Shown here: positions 17,744-28,200 of the stretch, piece after piece
Layout of the letters: each line of letters begins with the position of its first letter
Numbering within the stretch: position 1 is the stretch's first letter
NCBI GenBank assembly: GCA_963664225.1
Contig: OY760937.1
Span: forward strand, 4,640,001 to 4,704,000
Direction of reading: 5' to 3'
DNA length: 64,000 bases
Source: Verrucomicrobiia bacterium
Lineage (GTDB): Bacteria > Verrucomicrobiota > Verrucomicrobiia > Limisphaerales > UBA1319
Program-made: the position numbers and the translations under genes
Notes under the pieces: model-generated
Database searches by the model: none
What the model was told of the DNA's origin: nothing
Seen by the model: only the letters and a program-made list of their open reading frames with translations

Positions 17744-17846
17744 CGGTTGATTGACGCGCGGGTTGGGAACGGGCCGCTCCGCTGGGGCTTGGAAATTGGT
17801 GTGGGATTGGGTGCTATAAACATGCCGCGCCTCCGGCGCTTCGGAT
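17744..17846 (+). repeat. 103-bp direct repeat copy 2
   Basis: Begins immediately after the TAG of the small membrane gene. Confidence 0.9.
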
Positions 17847-17959
17847 TTTGCCAAATGAATGCGATTTAAAGCGTTCTCCTGAGCCTGGGCATGGATTGGA
17901 ATGCGCCATCGGCGTTTTGCAAATTGTCATGGGGGAATGGTTTGCTGTATAAACGGGGC

Positions 17960-18886
17960 GTGCCGGAAATCGGACATCCAATAATATCAGCGACAACGCG
18001 CTATTGCGCGGTGCTTGGGCATCCGGTCAGGCATTCCGCCTCGCCCGCGATGCACAATGCGGCGCTGGAAACCATGGGGCTGGATTGGCGTTACCTGGCG
18101 TTCGATGTGGAGGCGGAGCATCTGGAGACCGCGCTGGCCGGGGCGCTGCGGATGGGATTCATCGGGCTGAACTTGACGGTGCCGCACAAATTGGCGGCGC
18201 ATCGCTGGGTGACGGAACTGGATGAGGCAGCGCGGTTTTGGGGGGCGGTCAATACCATCCGCTTTGAAACCAAAAACAAGGCGGGCGAGTGGTGTTCCGT
18301 GGGGACGCTGGCGCCGGAGCAAATTGGGACGGTGCGGGCGAAGGGATTTAACACGGACGCGGATGCGATCGTTCGCGCGATACAGGAGGATCTGGCTTTG
18401 GACCTGCGCGGTCTGCGCGTGTTGCTTCTTGGGGCTGGAGGGGCCGGACGGGTGGCGGCAATCAAACTGGCGTCCGCCGGGGTCGGCCATTTGCACCTGA
18501 TCAATCGGACACAGGAAAAGGCGGCCGTGGTGGCCAGGGAGATCCAACGACATTTTCCGCAGGTTGGTGTTTCCCTTGAATACCCGGGCGAGCCTGTCGA
18601 TCTTGTCGTCAATGCGACTTCGCTGGGGCTTCTGCCAACCGATGAATTGCCGTTGGACGAATGGCTATGCCCGTTGAGCAAGGTGGGGGCCGTGTTTGAC
18701 ATGATTTACCGGCCGGCGGTAACGCCGTTGTTGAAACAGGCGCGCGCGCGGGGTTGCCGTGTGGCCAATGGGTTGGGCATGTTGCTGTATCAGGGGGCGG
18801 CGGCGCTGGAATTGTGGACTGGGAGGCCCGCGCCTTTGGGGGTGATGCGTGCGGCATTGAATGGGAATATTTATGGCGATGTTTGA
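17960..18886 (+). CDS. aroE: Shikimate dehydrogenase
   Basis: HS.SP.MHN, NLTVPHK, GAVNT, NTD, GAGGA, NRT, GLGMLLYQG; GTG start inferred. Confidence 0.95.
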   Translation: MPEIGHPIISATTRYCAVLGHPVRHSASPAMHNAALETMGLDWRYLAFDVEAEHLETALAGALRMGFIGLNLTVPHKLAAHRWVTELDEAARFWGAVNTIRFETKNKAGEWCSVGTLAPEQIGTVRAKGFNTDADAIVRAIQEDLALDLRGLRVLLLGAGGAGRVAAIKLASAGVGHLHLINRTQEKAAVVAREIQRHFPQVGVSLEYPGEPVDLVVNATSLGLLPTDELPLDEWLCPLSKVGAVFDMIYRPAVTPLLKQARARGCRVANGLGMLLYQGAAALELWTGRPAPLGVMRAALNGNIYGDV

Positions 18887-19973
18887 TGCTAAAGCGTGGG
18901 CCGCTGTGCCTTTTCATTTTTGGACGGTCGTGTTTTTTGCCTTTGGGAGCATCGTGGGGAGCTTTCTGAATGTGTGCATTTACCGGATGCCGCGCGGGGA
19001 GAGCATCGTGTCGCCGCCGTCGCATTGCCCGCATTGCAACTACAGCATTCCGTGGTATCTGAATATTCCCCTGGTTACGTGGCTGTTTCTGCGGGGCAAA
19101 TGCGCGCATTGCGGGGCACCCATTTCACCGCGCTATTTCGTGGTGGAACTACTCACGGCGCTGCTTTTTTCGGGCTGCTGGCTCATGCATGGTCACACGG
19201 CGGCGCTGCTGGCGCTGGCTTATTGCATGCTTCTGGGCGGGCTGGTGGTGGCGGCATTCATTGACCTGGAGCACTTCATCATTCCCGACGAGATCACGAT
19301 TGGAGGAACGGTGGCCGGTTTTTTATGGGCCTTTGTCGTTCCGGTAATGCATCAGAGCAAGAGTCGCACGGAGTCGCTCGAACGGAGTTTAGTGGGGATC
19401 GTGGTGGGGGCGGGGATTGTCTATGCGATATTACGGCTGGCGAAAGTATTTTTTGGCCGCCAGCGCTTCGAGCTTCCACCGGAGACGCTGGTGGTGTTCG
19501 GCGAAACGGGCCTGAAATTGCCGGATCGGGAGATTCCATATGAGGAAATATTTTACCGGAAATCGGATGCCATTACATTAAAGGCGAAAACGGTTCAGAT
19601 GGGCGAACGGAAGTTTGAGGATGCAACAGTGCGGTTGAAGCCCGATGAATTAAAAATAAACGAGGAAACCTTCAAGCCGGAAGAAGTGAAAAATCTCGAG
19701 GTCGTGACGGATCTGATTACGGTGCCCCGCGAGGCGATGGGGCTGGGGGACGTGAAATTCATGGCGGCCATCGGGGCGTTTCTGGGATGGCAGGGGGCGA
19801 TCTTCTCGTTGATGATCAGTTCTGTGATCGGCGCGCTGGTGGGCGTGGGATTGATCCTGCTCCGGCGCAAGGAATGGTCGAGCCGCATTCCTTACGGACC
19901 CTATATCGCGCTGGCGGCGGCCTTGTGGGTGTTTGGCGGGCGAAGCTGGGTGGTGTGGTGGTTTTCCATGTAG
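18879..19973 (+). CDS. pilD: Prepilin peptidase/N-methyltransferase (A24)
   Basis: GSFLNVCIYR, two CxxC, IDL, MGLGDVK, PYGPY. Confidence 0.93.
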   Translation: MFDAKAWAAVPFHFWTVVFFAFGSIVGSFLNVCIYRMPRGESIVSPPSHCPHCNYSIPWYLNIPLVTWLFLRGKCAHCGAPISPRYFVVELLTALLFSGCWLMHGHTAALLALAYCMLLGGLVVAAFIDLEHFIIPDEITIGGTVAGFLWAFVVPVMHQSKSRTESLERSLVGIVVGAGIVYAILRLAKVFFGRQRFELPPETLVVFGETGLKLPDREIPYEEIFYRKSDAITLKAKTVQMGERKFEDATVRLKPDELKINEETFKPEEVKNLEVVTDLITVPREAMGLGDVKFMAAIGAFLGWQGAIFSLMISSVIGALVGVGLILLRRKEWSSRIPYGPYIALAAALWVFGGRSWVVWWFSM

Positions 19974-20370
19974 AGCGCAATCTGGTGGATGCATGACAAA
20001 ATTCTTCGGCAAGCGAAAAAGTCCTTAAAAAGGGCATGCGAGTATATACGAAACAAACATAGCAAGAGTTTCGGGAATGGCCGGGCGCCGATTGAGGGTC
20101 CGGCAAAGGTCAGAGGTGGAAGGACGACCGCCCTCAACCCGGCCTTCCCCCAGGAGAAGGAGGAGTATTGCGAGCCCTGGGTTTATTGCACGGTTTGGAG
20201 GATACCGCCGCGTCGGATTACATGCCCCACATCGCAGACTGGAGTCCTGGCTGGGTTCGTACGGTTTAGGCTTCTACCAGCTTCCTGAATTTTGTCCTGC
20301 ACCCCATTCTGCTTTGAGTGGTCAGCCAAGCTTGCCATGTGTGCCGCTCATTCCCTATAAAGGCGCCCAT

Positions 20371-21003
20371 ATGTTCAAGGGTCTTATTGCGTGGTATATG
20401 GCCACACTGAAAACAGGCGGATATCCATTGATCGCCTTGTTGATGGCCATCGAGAGTTCCGTACTTCCGCTTCCCAGCGAGTTTGTCATTCCCCCGGCGG
20501 CGCATCTGGCGCACACGCAGGGGACGTTCAGCCTTGTCGGCATCGTCCTGGCGGGAATGTTCGGCTCGTGGGTGGGGGCTTCCGCGATGTATTGGATGGC
20601 GCGCTGGGCGGGGCGTCCGCTGGCATTGCGCTATGGACGGTATTTCATGATTTCAGAGGAGAAAATAAGGGGCGCGGAACGATGGGCGGCGCGGTTCGGA
20701 TCGATTGGCATATTCATCTCGCGATTGCTTCCCGTGGTGCGGCATTTGATCGGGATTCCAGCGGGAATCGTCCGGATGGATTACCGGCATTTTTCAATTT
20801 ACACGATGGTGGGTTCCGGGGTGTGGTGCGCGGTGCTTTGCTGGATTGGCATCGTGGCGGGACAGGATGAAAAACTGATGGCGGGCCAGATGCATAGAGT
20901 GACATTGTGGCTGGCGGCTGCGGTTTTGGTGATTGGAGTGATGTATTATTTTTTAGTGCACCGTTACATGAAAGAAACTCCATCAGGGGGCGACAAAGCG
21001 TAG
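20371..21003 (+). CDS. DedA family membrane protein
   Basis: ESS..PLPSE and RLLPVVRHLI.IPAG motifs. Confidence 0.92.
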   Translation: MFKGLIAWYMATLKTGGYPLIALLMAIESSVLPLPSEFVIPPAAHLAHTQGTFSLVGIVLAGMFGSWVGASAMYWMARWAGRPLALRYGRYFMISEEKIRGAERWAARFGSIGIFISRLLPVVRHLIGIPAGIVRMDYRHFSIYTMVGSGVWCAVLCWIGIVAGQDEKLMAGQMHRVTLWLAAAVLVIGVMYYFLVHRYMKETPSGGDKA

Positions 21004-21024
21004 CCAAAGATGGCAGGTGGTTGC

Positions 21025-22251
21025 ATGAACATTCTGGTTCTAAACGCGGGTTCCACGAGCTTGAAATTTGCCTTGTTTGGGGCGGGGGGCGATGAGGCGT
21101 TGTTAGCCGGTGGAATCGACTGGCCTGATGGCAATCGATCTCAAGCCTGCATGACGATCCACCGCGCGGGGGTCGCGACGGAACTGGCGCGGGTGAACGT
21201 GCCGAATGGGTCCGCGGCAGCGCGCTGTGCGATAGAGGCGGTGTCGCGGGAGTTTCGCATCGGCGCGGCGGGGCATCGGGTGGTGCATGGGGGGGCGGCG
21301 TTTCGGGAAAGCCGGCTGGTGGATGGAGGGGTTAAATCCGCCATGGCTGGTCTGGCGCAGCTGGCGCCGCTGCATAATCCTCCCGCCCTGGAGGCGATTG
21401 AAGGGGTGGAGAAGGCGCTGCCGGGCGCGCCCCAAGTGGCGGTGTTCGACACCGCATTTTTCAGCGGGCTGCCGGAGCGGACTTATCTTTTCGGCCTGCC
21501 CTACGGTTGGAATGAACGCTACGGGGCGAGACGTTATGGTTTTCACGGCATCAGCATCGCCTACTGCGCGGCGCGCGCGGCGGAGTTGCTGGGAAAGCCG
21601 GATTTGCGGCTCGTCATCTGTCATCTGGGCGGCGGTTGCTCGGCGACCGCGGTCAAGGCTGGATTCCCGGTGCGCACTACGATGGGGTTTTCGACGTTGG
21701 ACGGACTGATGATGGGAACGCGATGTGGGGCGGTGGATCCCGGTTTGCTGTTGTATTTGCAGCGTGAATGCGGCGTCAAACTTGACGAGTTGGACCGCGC
21801 GCTGACTTGCGAATCGGGGCTGTTCGGGATTTCAGGCCTTTCTGCGGACATGGCGCAAATTGAAGTTGCAGCGGGGCAGGGGAACGAACGGGCCCGGCTT
21901 GCCTTTGGCATGTTCGCGGACCAGGTGCGCACGGCGATTGGAGGACTGGCGGTGAGCATGGGAGGATTGGACGCGTTGGTGTTCACGGATCGCATTGGAG
22001 AAAATTCACCGGCGTTACGCGCGGCGGCCTGTCAGGGACTGGAATGCCTGGGGGTGCATCTGGATGTGTCGCGGAACGATTCTTGTGCGGCCGATGCCGA
22101 TGTGGCCACTGCTCAATCCCCGGCGCGGGTGCTTGTACTGCGAACGCGCGAGGAGTTGATGATCGCGCGAGAAACCCGGAGCGTGGTGGCCGGGGCATGG
22201 GAGGAGTCAGTGGGTGTAAAAAAACACGGTATCGGTTCTTGCGCAAGATGA
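21025..22251 (+). CDS. ackA: Acetate/propionate kinase
   Basis: VLNAGS.SLK, GHRVVHGG, APLHNP, RRYGFHG, HLG.G.S, EE. Confidence 0.92.
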   Translation: MNILVLNAGSTSLKFALFGAGGDEALLAGGIDWPDGNRSQACMTIHRAGVATELARVNVPNGSAAARCAIEAVSREFRIGAAGHRVVHGGAAFRESRLVDGGVKSAMAGLAQLAPLHNPPALEAIEGVEKALPGAPQVAVFDTAFFSGLPERTYLFGLPYGWNERYGARRYGFHGISIAYCAARAAELLGKPDLRLVICHLGGGCSATAVKAGFPVRTTMGFSTLDGLMMGTRCGAVDPGLLLYLQRECGVKLDELDRALTCESGLFGISGLSADMAQIEVAAGQGNERARLAFGMFADQVRTAIGGLAVSMGGLDALVFTDRIGENSPALRAAACQGLECLGVHLDVSRNDSCAADADVATAQSPARVLVLRTREELMIARETRSVVAGAWEESVGVKKHGIGSCAR

Positions 22252-23426
22252 ATTCTTCCAGGAATTCAATGCTCGACATGATTCGCGGTCTGGCCGCGTT
22301 GGAGGTCGCATTGAGCCATTTGCGGGGGTTCCTCTTCGATGATTATTTCCACCTCGTGAATCCGAGTTTATTGGTCAAAGTATTTTACTTTCTGACCGGA
22401 TTCGGACATCAGTCCGTGACCGTTTTTTTTGTGCTTTCCGGTTATTTGGTGGGTGGATCGGTGCTGGCGGCCCGGAGCGAGGGCTTTTTCGTCCGTTATT
22501 CGGTTCAGCGGTTGTCCCGGCTTTGGATTGTCCTTCTGCCGTGTCTGGCGGCCACCGCCCTATGGAATCTGCTGGGCTATCATGTCGGAGGGGCCGATTT
22601 CCTGAACGGGAAACTCGATGCGCGTACGTTTGTCGTTCTGCCTGTTCGCACCGATATTTTTGCATTTCTGGGGAACTTGTTTTTTCTACAGACCATTGTC
22701 ACACCGGTGTATGGGGACAATGTCCCGCTCTGGAGTCTTGCGAATGAATTCTGGTATTACGTACTCTTTCCACTGCTTTATTTTGGATTCAAGAAAGAGA
22801 CCCGTAATAAGATTCTCCTGCGCGGCATCTGTGTCGCATCCGGGATCGCAATCCTGATGGCCCTTCCCTGGGGAATTTGCCTTGGCTTTATTGTGTGGCT
22901 CTCCGGGATGGCGATTGCGGCGTTCGAGAAACACGGCATCGATAAAATATTCAGCAGCAAGTGGTATGGAGTTCCGGTGATCTTAACGTGTGCCGGGGTG
23001 TTTGCCTGTTCGCGCTTCCACTTTATTCACGATATCGTGCTCGGGCTGAGCTTTGCCGCGGCATTGCCGGTTTTTATGCGGCTGCCAAGTCTTCCCAAAT
23101 TGGTGGCATTGCCATCGGCGTGGCTGGCCGATTTTTCCTATACGCTTTACCTGGCGCATTTCTCGCTGGCTGCGTTCATTTGGTACGGAATCTTCGATTC
23201 GCAGCGACTCCAACCCTCCTGGGCCGCAGGGGGCCGTTATGGGTTTTCGGCTCTTGTGGTCATTGCCTACTCATTCGGTTTGTCGCTCCTGTTCGAGCGG
23301 AACACGGACAAATTGCGTCGTTTCGTGATGCGTCATTTGCCGGGCCAGGAATCGAGTCGGGCGCTGGCTCAGCCCGTATCCGTTGCGGCGGCGACTAATG
23401 AGGACAAGAACCGGCGTGAGTCTTGA
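22248..23426 (+). CDS. Acyltransferase family 3 (OafA-like)
   Basis: LD..RG.AA...H, FFVLSGY, WSL..E..YY, SYTLYL.H. Confidence 0.9.
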   Translation: MNSSRNSMLDMIRGLAALEVALSHLRGFLFDDYFHLVNPSLLVKVFYFLTGFGHQSVTVFFVLSGYLVGGSVLAARSEGFFVRYSVQRLSRLWIVLLPCLAATALWNLLGYHVGGADFLNGKLDARTFVVLPVRTDIFAFLGNLFFLQTIVTPVYGDNVPLWSLANEFWYYVLFPLLYFGFKKETRNKILLRGICVASGIAILMALPWGICLGFIVWLSGMAIAAFEKHGIDKIFSSKWYGVPVILTCAGVFACSRFHFIHDIVLGLSFAAALPVFMRLPSLPKLVALPSAWLADFSYTLYLAHFSLAAFIWYGIFDSQRLQPSWAAGGRYGFSALVVIAYSFGLSLLFERNTDKLRRFVMRHLPGQESSRALAQPVSVAAATNEDKNRRES

Positions 23427-23479
23427 GCGTTTTCTGAAACTTCGAAGAGCAGTTGCTGGTGGGCTATCATAAGTCAGCG

Positions 23480-23870
23480 CTCCTGCGGGGGAGGTGTTTC
23501 CTGGCATGCACCAGATGGCTGGATGATGACGGGGGTCAAAACGCTTTTTGGAGGACCTTGGTTGAACCCCTGATACGGTTTCCACAGGTAATCATCCGTT
23601 GGCGAGGAGAGCCCCGGGAAGCTCCCCGCAGCTAACGGTGAATAACTGTGCCGCCGCCAAAAAATCGAGCGGTGAAAAACTTTTGTCGCCGGAGTATAAT
23701 GCTTCTGGCGGCATCGCCCCGGATGGATCACGGTCATACACCCCTTGTCTTAAGAAGACTGAGGAGAGTTTACCGGCCCGTCCGACGGCGCCTGTCAAAA
23801 AGTCTGAGAGAACTATTGCCCGCGAGGCTTCCTGTATCAGGTTGACTGACGACAGCGCTCCGATGCCCCG
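23480..23870 (+). ncRNA. Putative bridge RNA of the IS110 element
   Basis: Nested stems CTGCGGGG/CCCCGCAG, TTCCTGG/CCGGGAA and GGATGATGAC/GTAATCATCC enclose an internal loop; second domain closed by GGCATCG/CGATGCC. Confidence 0.6.
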
Positions 23871-23883
23871 TAACGGAGGATCT

Positions 23884-25134
23884 ATGAAATCATGGTTGGA
23901 GATATCCTGTTTTGCCGGATTGGATTGGGCCCGGGATCATCACGATGTGGTCATCGTCGATCGAGAGGGCAAGATCGTGGAACAGTTCCGCTTCGAGCAT
24001 TCCCAGGAAGGCTGGGAGCAATGGCGGAAAAAGACGGCGCCCTTCGCCCCTTTGGCGGTGGCCATTGAGACGAGCTTCGGCACGGCTGTGGACCAGCTCC
24101 TGAGGGGGGAGGCAACGGTCTATCCGGTCAATCCCAAGAGCGCCCAGCGGTATCGGGATCGCAAGGTGCCCAGCGGCAGCAAGACCGATTTTCTGGATGC
24201 CTGGTCTCTGGCCGATGCCTTGCGGATCGACGGGCACGGTTGGAAAGCGCTGGTCCCAACGGACGCGCTGACCAGCCAGTTGCAGATGCTCTGCCGGGAT
24301 GAGGTTCATCTCATCGGTCAGCGCACGCTGTTCGTAAATCAATTGCAACAAGCTCTCTTGGAATACTATCCGGCGGCCCTGGAGGCCTTTGAGGATTGGA
24401 CCATGGCCTCGGCGTGGGATTTCATCATTGAGTTTCCAACGCCTCGTGCGCTGGTCAAAGCCGGCAAGCGACGGTGGGAAAAGTTCCTGCACGTTCATAA
24501 GCTCTGGCGGCCGGAAACCGCTGAAAAACGGATGGGCATTTTTGCACGGGCCGATCAGTTTTGCGGCTCGGCGGCCCTGACGGCGGCCAAGGGCACCCTG
24601 GCGGTGAGCCTGGCCAAAATGTTACGCACGTTGCAGCAGCAACTGGATGTTTATCACGCGCAAATCCAGGCCTTGTTTGCACAGCACCCCGACCATGACT
24701 TGTTCGGTTCGCTGCCCGGAGCGGGCTCGTTTTTGGCTCCACGGCTGCTGGGAGAAATCGGCGGCGGGTCGGGCCGGTTTGAAAGCGCACAGCATCTGCA
24801 GGGCATTGCGGGCACGGCTCCTGTGAGTTATCAATCGGGACAAATCGACAAGGTCCGCATCCGCCACCACTGCGACAAGTTCCTCCGCCATGCCGTGCAT
24901 CTGTGGAGCGATTGCAGTCGCAAGAAATGTCTTTGGGCACAGGTTTACTACCAGAAAAAACGGGAAGAGGGCAAAAGCCACGCTTGCGCTTTGCGGTGTC
25001 TGGGCCAGCGGTGGCTCAAAATCATCTGGAAAATGCTCCAAACCCACGCGCCCTACGATCCGGAAATACATGCCAAAAACCAGCAGCTGCATGGTTCGTG
25101 GGTGCTGAGTCTGCAGACCAAAACCGCCAGGTAA
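23884..25134 (+). CDS. IS110 family transposase/recombinase
   Basis: GLDW, AIE, K.D..DA (DEDD), SLPG.G, G.AP...QSG; RBS GGAGG. Confidence 0.95.
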   Translation: MKSWLEISCFAGLDWARDHHDVVIVDREGKIVEQFRFEHSQEGWEQWRKKTAPFAPLAVAIETSFGTAVDQLLRGEATVYPVNPKSAQRYRDRKVPSGSKTDFLDAWSLADALRIDGHGWKALVPTDALTSQLQMLCRDEVHLIGQRTLFVNQLQQALLEYYPAALEAFEDWTMASAWDFIIEFPTPRALVKAGKRRWEKFLHVHKLWRPETAEKRMGIFARADQFCGSAALTAAKGTLAVSLAKMLRTLQQQLDVYHAQIQALFAQHPDHDLFGSLPGAGSFLAPRLLGEIGGGSGRFESAQHLQGIAGTAPVSYQSGQIDKVRIRHHCDKFLRHAVHLWSDCSRKKCLWAQVYYQKKREEGKSHACALRCLGQRWLKIIWKMLQTHAPYDPEIHAKNQQLHGSWVLSLQTKTAR

Positions 25135-25555
25135 TTTTGGTGAATAACTTTTATGAAAAACCATTTTACAACACAGAGAACAACTCTCTTGTGTTCTCTC
25201 CCCGCTCGTGCCTCGCGGGGCGAGAGGGTCAAATGGCATGTTTCGCGAAATGTTTAGTTTTGGAGGCATGGGAGCAGAAGAGATCGCGGGCGGCGTGCAG
25301 CGGACTGCCAGTCCAATATACTTCCATGTCGTTTTAAAGCCTTTTTCGGCTTTCTGAAGAGTTTTATCCTACGCCCGCAGGATGAACCGGGAGTAAACTG
25401 CCGTTGCAGACTTCGAGAAAAGGTGGTTTAATCCGCCGCGTTGAAGCGATGAGAATTGCTTTGTATCTGACGCGGGTGTCGGGTTTCCAAATGATTTAAC
25501 CTGGCACAAAGGCCGGTTTCCTCGAACACTCGCAAGCGGTTGGCGGTGAACGGTT

Positions 25556-25639
25556 GCGCGGGTGGTGGAATGGCAGACACGCCAGACTTAGGATCTGGTC
25601 CCGTAAGGGGTAGGGGTTCAAGTCCCCTCTCGCGCACCA
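25556..25639 (+). tRNA. tRNA-Leu (anticodon TAG)
   Basis: Acceptor GCGCGGG/CTCGCGC, anticodon arm CCAGA-CTTAGGA-TCTGG, long variable arm, GGTTCAA, CCA end. Confidence 0.97.
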
Positions 25640-25677
25640 CTTTTCGAGTCAATCTACAAGCGGTTTAATAACTTAAT

Positions 25678-26415
25678 ATGCGTATTTTGGGGATTATTCC
25701 TGCGCGGTTTGCCTCGACACGGTTTCCGGGCAAGCCGCTGGTGTTGATTGCGGGCAAGCCGCTCCTGCAACATGTGGTGGAGCGCTGCCAAAAGGCCGCC
25801 AGGCTCTCGGAAGTGGTGGTGGCCACGGACGACGCCCGTATTGAGGAGGCCGCCCGGAAGTTCTGCCGGGTGGAGATGACTTCGGAAAACCACCCCAGCG
25901 GGACGGACCGCGTGGCCGAGGTGGCGCGACGTTGCGCATGCGATGCGGTGGTGAATATCCAGGGCGACGAGCCGTTGATCGATCCGGCGGTGGTGGATGC
26001 CGTGGCCGGGGCTTTGGAGGGCGCGGAGATGTCCACGGCGGCGGCTCCAATCAAGGATTTTTCCGAATACGATAACGCGAATGTCGTAAAAGTCGTTGTC
26101 AACGCAGCCGGGCGGGCCTTATATTTTTCGCGGCGCACGATACCGTATGTGCGGGATTGGGCGCAGCGGCCGGTGGCCGAGCAGTTGGCGGCCTTTCCCT
26201 TTCTAAAACATCTGGGCATCTACGGGTATCGGCGTGAGACACTTTTGCGGCTTGTGCAGATGCCGGTATCAGCATTGGAACAGGCGGAGAAACTGGAGCA
26301 ATTGCGGGCTTTGGAAAATGGCCTGGACATTGCCGTGGTGAGGGTCAATTACGACAGCGTAGGGGTGGACGTTCCCGGAGACGTTCAGCGCGTCGAAGAA
26401 CGGATGCAAACTTGA
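25678..26415 (+). CDS. kdsB: CMP-KDO synthetase
   Basis: [37 protein letters not shown]. Confidence 0.97.
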   Translation: MRILGIIPARFASTRFPGKPLVLIAGKPLLQHVVERCQKAARLSEVVVATDDARIEEAARKFCRVEMTSENHPSGTDRVAEVARRCACDAVVNIQGDEPLIDPAVVDAVAGALEGAEMSTAAAPIKDFSEYDNANVVKVVVNAAGRALYFSRRTIPYVRDWAQRPVAEQLAAFPFLKHLGIYGYRRETLLRLVQMPVSALEQAEKLEQLRALENGLDIAVVRVNYDSVGVDVPGDVQRVEERMQT

Positions 26416-28031
26416 GCACCAAATTTATTTTTGTAACGGGCGGCGTGGTGAGTTCACTGGGCAAGGGCCTTACGGCCGCATCCCTGGGAACGCTGCTGGA
26501 GCATCGCGGCCTGAAGGTCACGCTTCAGAAGTTCGATCCTTATCTCAATGTCGATCCGGGCACCATGAGCCCCTTTCAACACGGAGAGGTTTATGTGTTG
26601 AATGACGGCGCGGAGACCGATCTGGATCTCGGTCATTACGAACGCTTCACGCACACCAACCTGACCCGCTTTAACAATCTGACCAGCGGCCAGGTTTATA
26701 AGACGGTGTTGGATCGGGAGCGGGCGGGCGGTTATCTGGGCAAAACGGTGCAGGTCATTCCGCATGTCACCGACGAAATCAAGACACGCATCCACGAAAT
26801 TGCGGTTCAGAGCAATGCAGACGTGGTGATCACAGAGATCGGCGGGACCACGGGAGACATCGAGGGATTGCCGTTTTTGGAGGCCATTCGGGAATTCGCG
26901 CTTGAGGTGGGATTTCACAATGTGCTGTTTTTGCATGTGACCCTCGTGCCTTTCATCAAGGCGGCCGGTGAGCTGAAAACGAAGCCGACGCAGCAATCGG
27001 TGGCGAAATTACGGGAAATTGGTATTACGCCCCACATTGTCGTGTGTCGTTGCGAGCAGCCATTGAACAAGGATCTGCGGCAGAAAATCTCGCTTTTCTG
27101 CAATGTTCCCTACGAGGCGGTGATCGAGGAAAAGGACGTGGATCATTCGATCTACGAAGTGCCGATGATGCTGCAGCGGGAGCGTTTGGACGATCTGGTT
27201 TGCGAGCATCTCCGGCTGGATGTGCCTCCGGCGAACATGTCCGAATGGCAGGACATCCTGCGCAAATTGATTGCGCCCCAAAACCGGGTTCGCATCGGCG
27301 TGGTGGGCAAGTATATCGGACTGAACGATGCCTACAAATCGGTGTATGAAGCGGTGGTGCATGGGGGCATCGCCAACGATTGCGCGGTGGCGATTGAGAA
27401 GATCGAATCCGAGGAGATCGAGAAGAACGGCGCTGCAAAAATGCTGGATGGTCTATCGGGCATTCTCGTTCCAGGCGGGTTTGGCGAACGGGGCATACTG
27501 GGGAAGGTCATGGCCGTGCAATATGCGCGGGAAAACAAGATACCGTATTTGGGCCTGTGCCTTGGCATGCAGGTGGCGTCGATTGAGTTTGCGCGCCATG
27601 TGCTCAAGCTAACCAAAGCCCATTCGACGGAATTCGAACCTTCCACTCCGCACCCGGTGATCGTGTTGCTGGATGAACAAAGGAAAGTGACCAAAAAAGG
27701 GGGAACGATGCGTTTGGGCGCTCAACCCTGCCAATTGGCGCTGGGTTCGCTCGCGGCCAGATTGTATGGCGCGTTCGTGGTCAACGAGCGTCACCGTCAT
27801 CGCTACGAATTTAACAACAGCTATCGTGAAGCTTTTGCCAAGGAGGGATTTGTGTTCAGCGGCACTTCACCTGATGGGAAGCTGGTCGAAGTCATTGAAT
27901 TGACCGATCATCCTTTTTTCATCGCCTGCCAGTTCCATCCGGAATTCCAGAGCAAGCCCAATCAATCGCATCCATTGTTCAGGGGATTCATCAATGCCTG
28001 CATGGTGCTGCAACAGTCGCGGCAAAAATAG
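26412..28031 (+). CDS. pyrG: CTP synthase
   Basis: [31 protein letters not shown] start overlapping kdsB stop. Confidence 0.98.
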   Translation: MSTKFIFVTGGVVSSLGKGLTAASLGTLLEHRGLKVTLQKFDPYLNVDPGTMSPFQHGEVYVLNDGAETDLDLGHYERFTHTNLTRFNNLTSGQVYKTVLDRERAGGYLGKTVQVIPHVTDEIKTRIHEIAVQSNADVVITEIGGTTGDIEGLPFLEAIREFALEVGFHNVLFLHVTLVPFIKAAGELKTKPTQQSVAKLREIGITPHIVVCRCEQPLNKDLRQKISLFCNVPYEAVIEEKDVDHSIYEVPMMLQRERLDDLVCEHLRLDVPPANMSEWQDILRKLIAPQNRVRIGVVGKYIGLNDAYKSVYEAVVHGGIANDCAVAIEKIESEEIEKNGAAKMLDGLSGILVPGGFGERGILGKVMAVQYARENKIPYLGLCLGMQVASIEFARHVLKLTKAHSTEFEPSTPHPVIVLLDEQRKVTKKGGTMRLGAQPCQLALGSLAARLYGAFVVNERHRHRYEFNNSYREAFAKEGFVFSGTSPDGKLVEVIELTDHPFFIACQFHPEFQSKPNQSHPLFRGFINACMVLQQSRQK

Positions 28032-28200
28032 GGGCACTTGATCCAAAGCAAGAGACTTTGTCGATTTATTGGAATTCACCACAGAACATAGGCCCCAACC
28101 TTTAGGGCGAAGCCGGGGGATTGAAGGAATCGATCCTCCAACCTGCGCCTTCAACGGTTTGTTCCTTTAATGCAATCGTGAGCCGGTTCCATCATTTGCA

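Larger units (their letters stand above)
23464..25185 (+). mobile_element. IS110-family element (ends tentative, CT core)
   Basis: DEDD recombinase gene plus about 420 nt structured upstream noncoding region. CT at 23464-23465 and 25184-25185 proposed as the duplicated core. Confidence 0.7.

Noticed and set aside
23599..23883. N-terminal extension of the IS110 ORF from the ORF track
   Set aside because: RBS GGAGG precedes ATG 23884 and the first catalytic Asp follows shortly. The upstream region is better explained as structured RNA.
25186..25640. tRNA-Leu as integration site of a genomic island
   Set aside because: No integrase and no duplicated tRNA 3' end were seen; kdsB follows directly.
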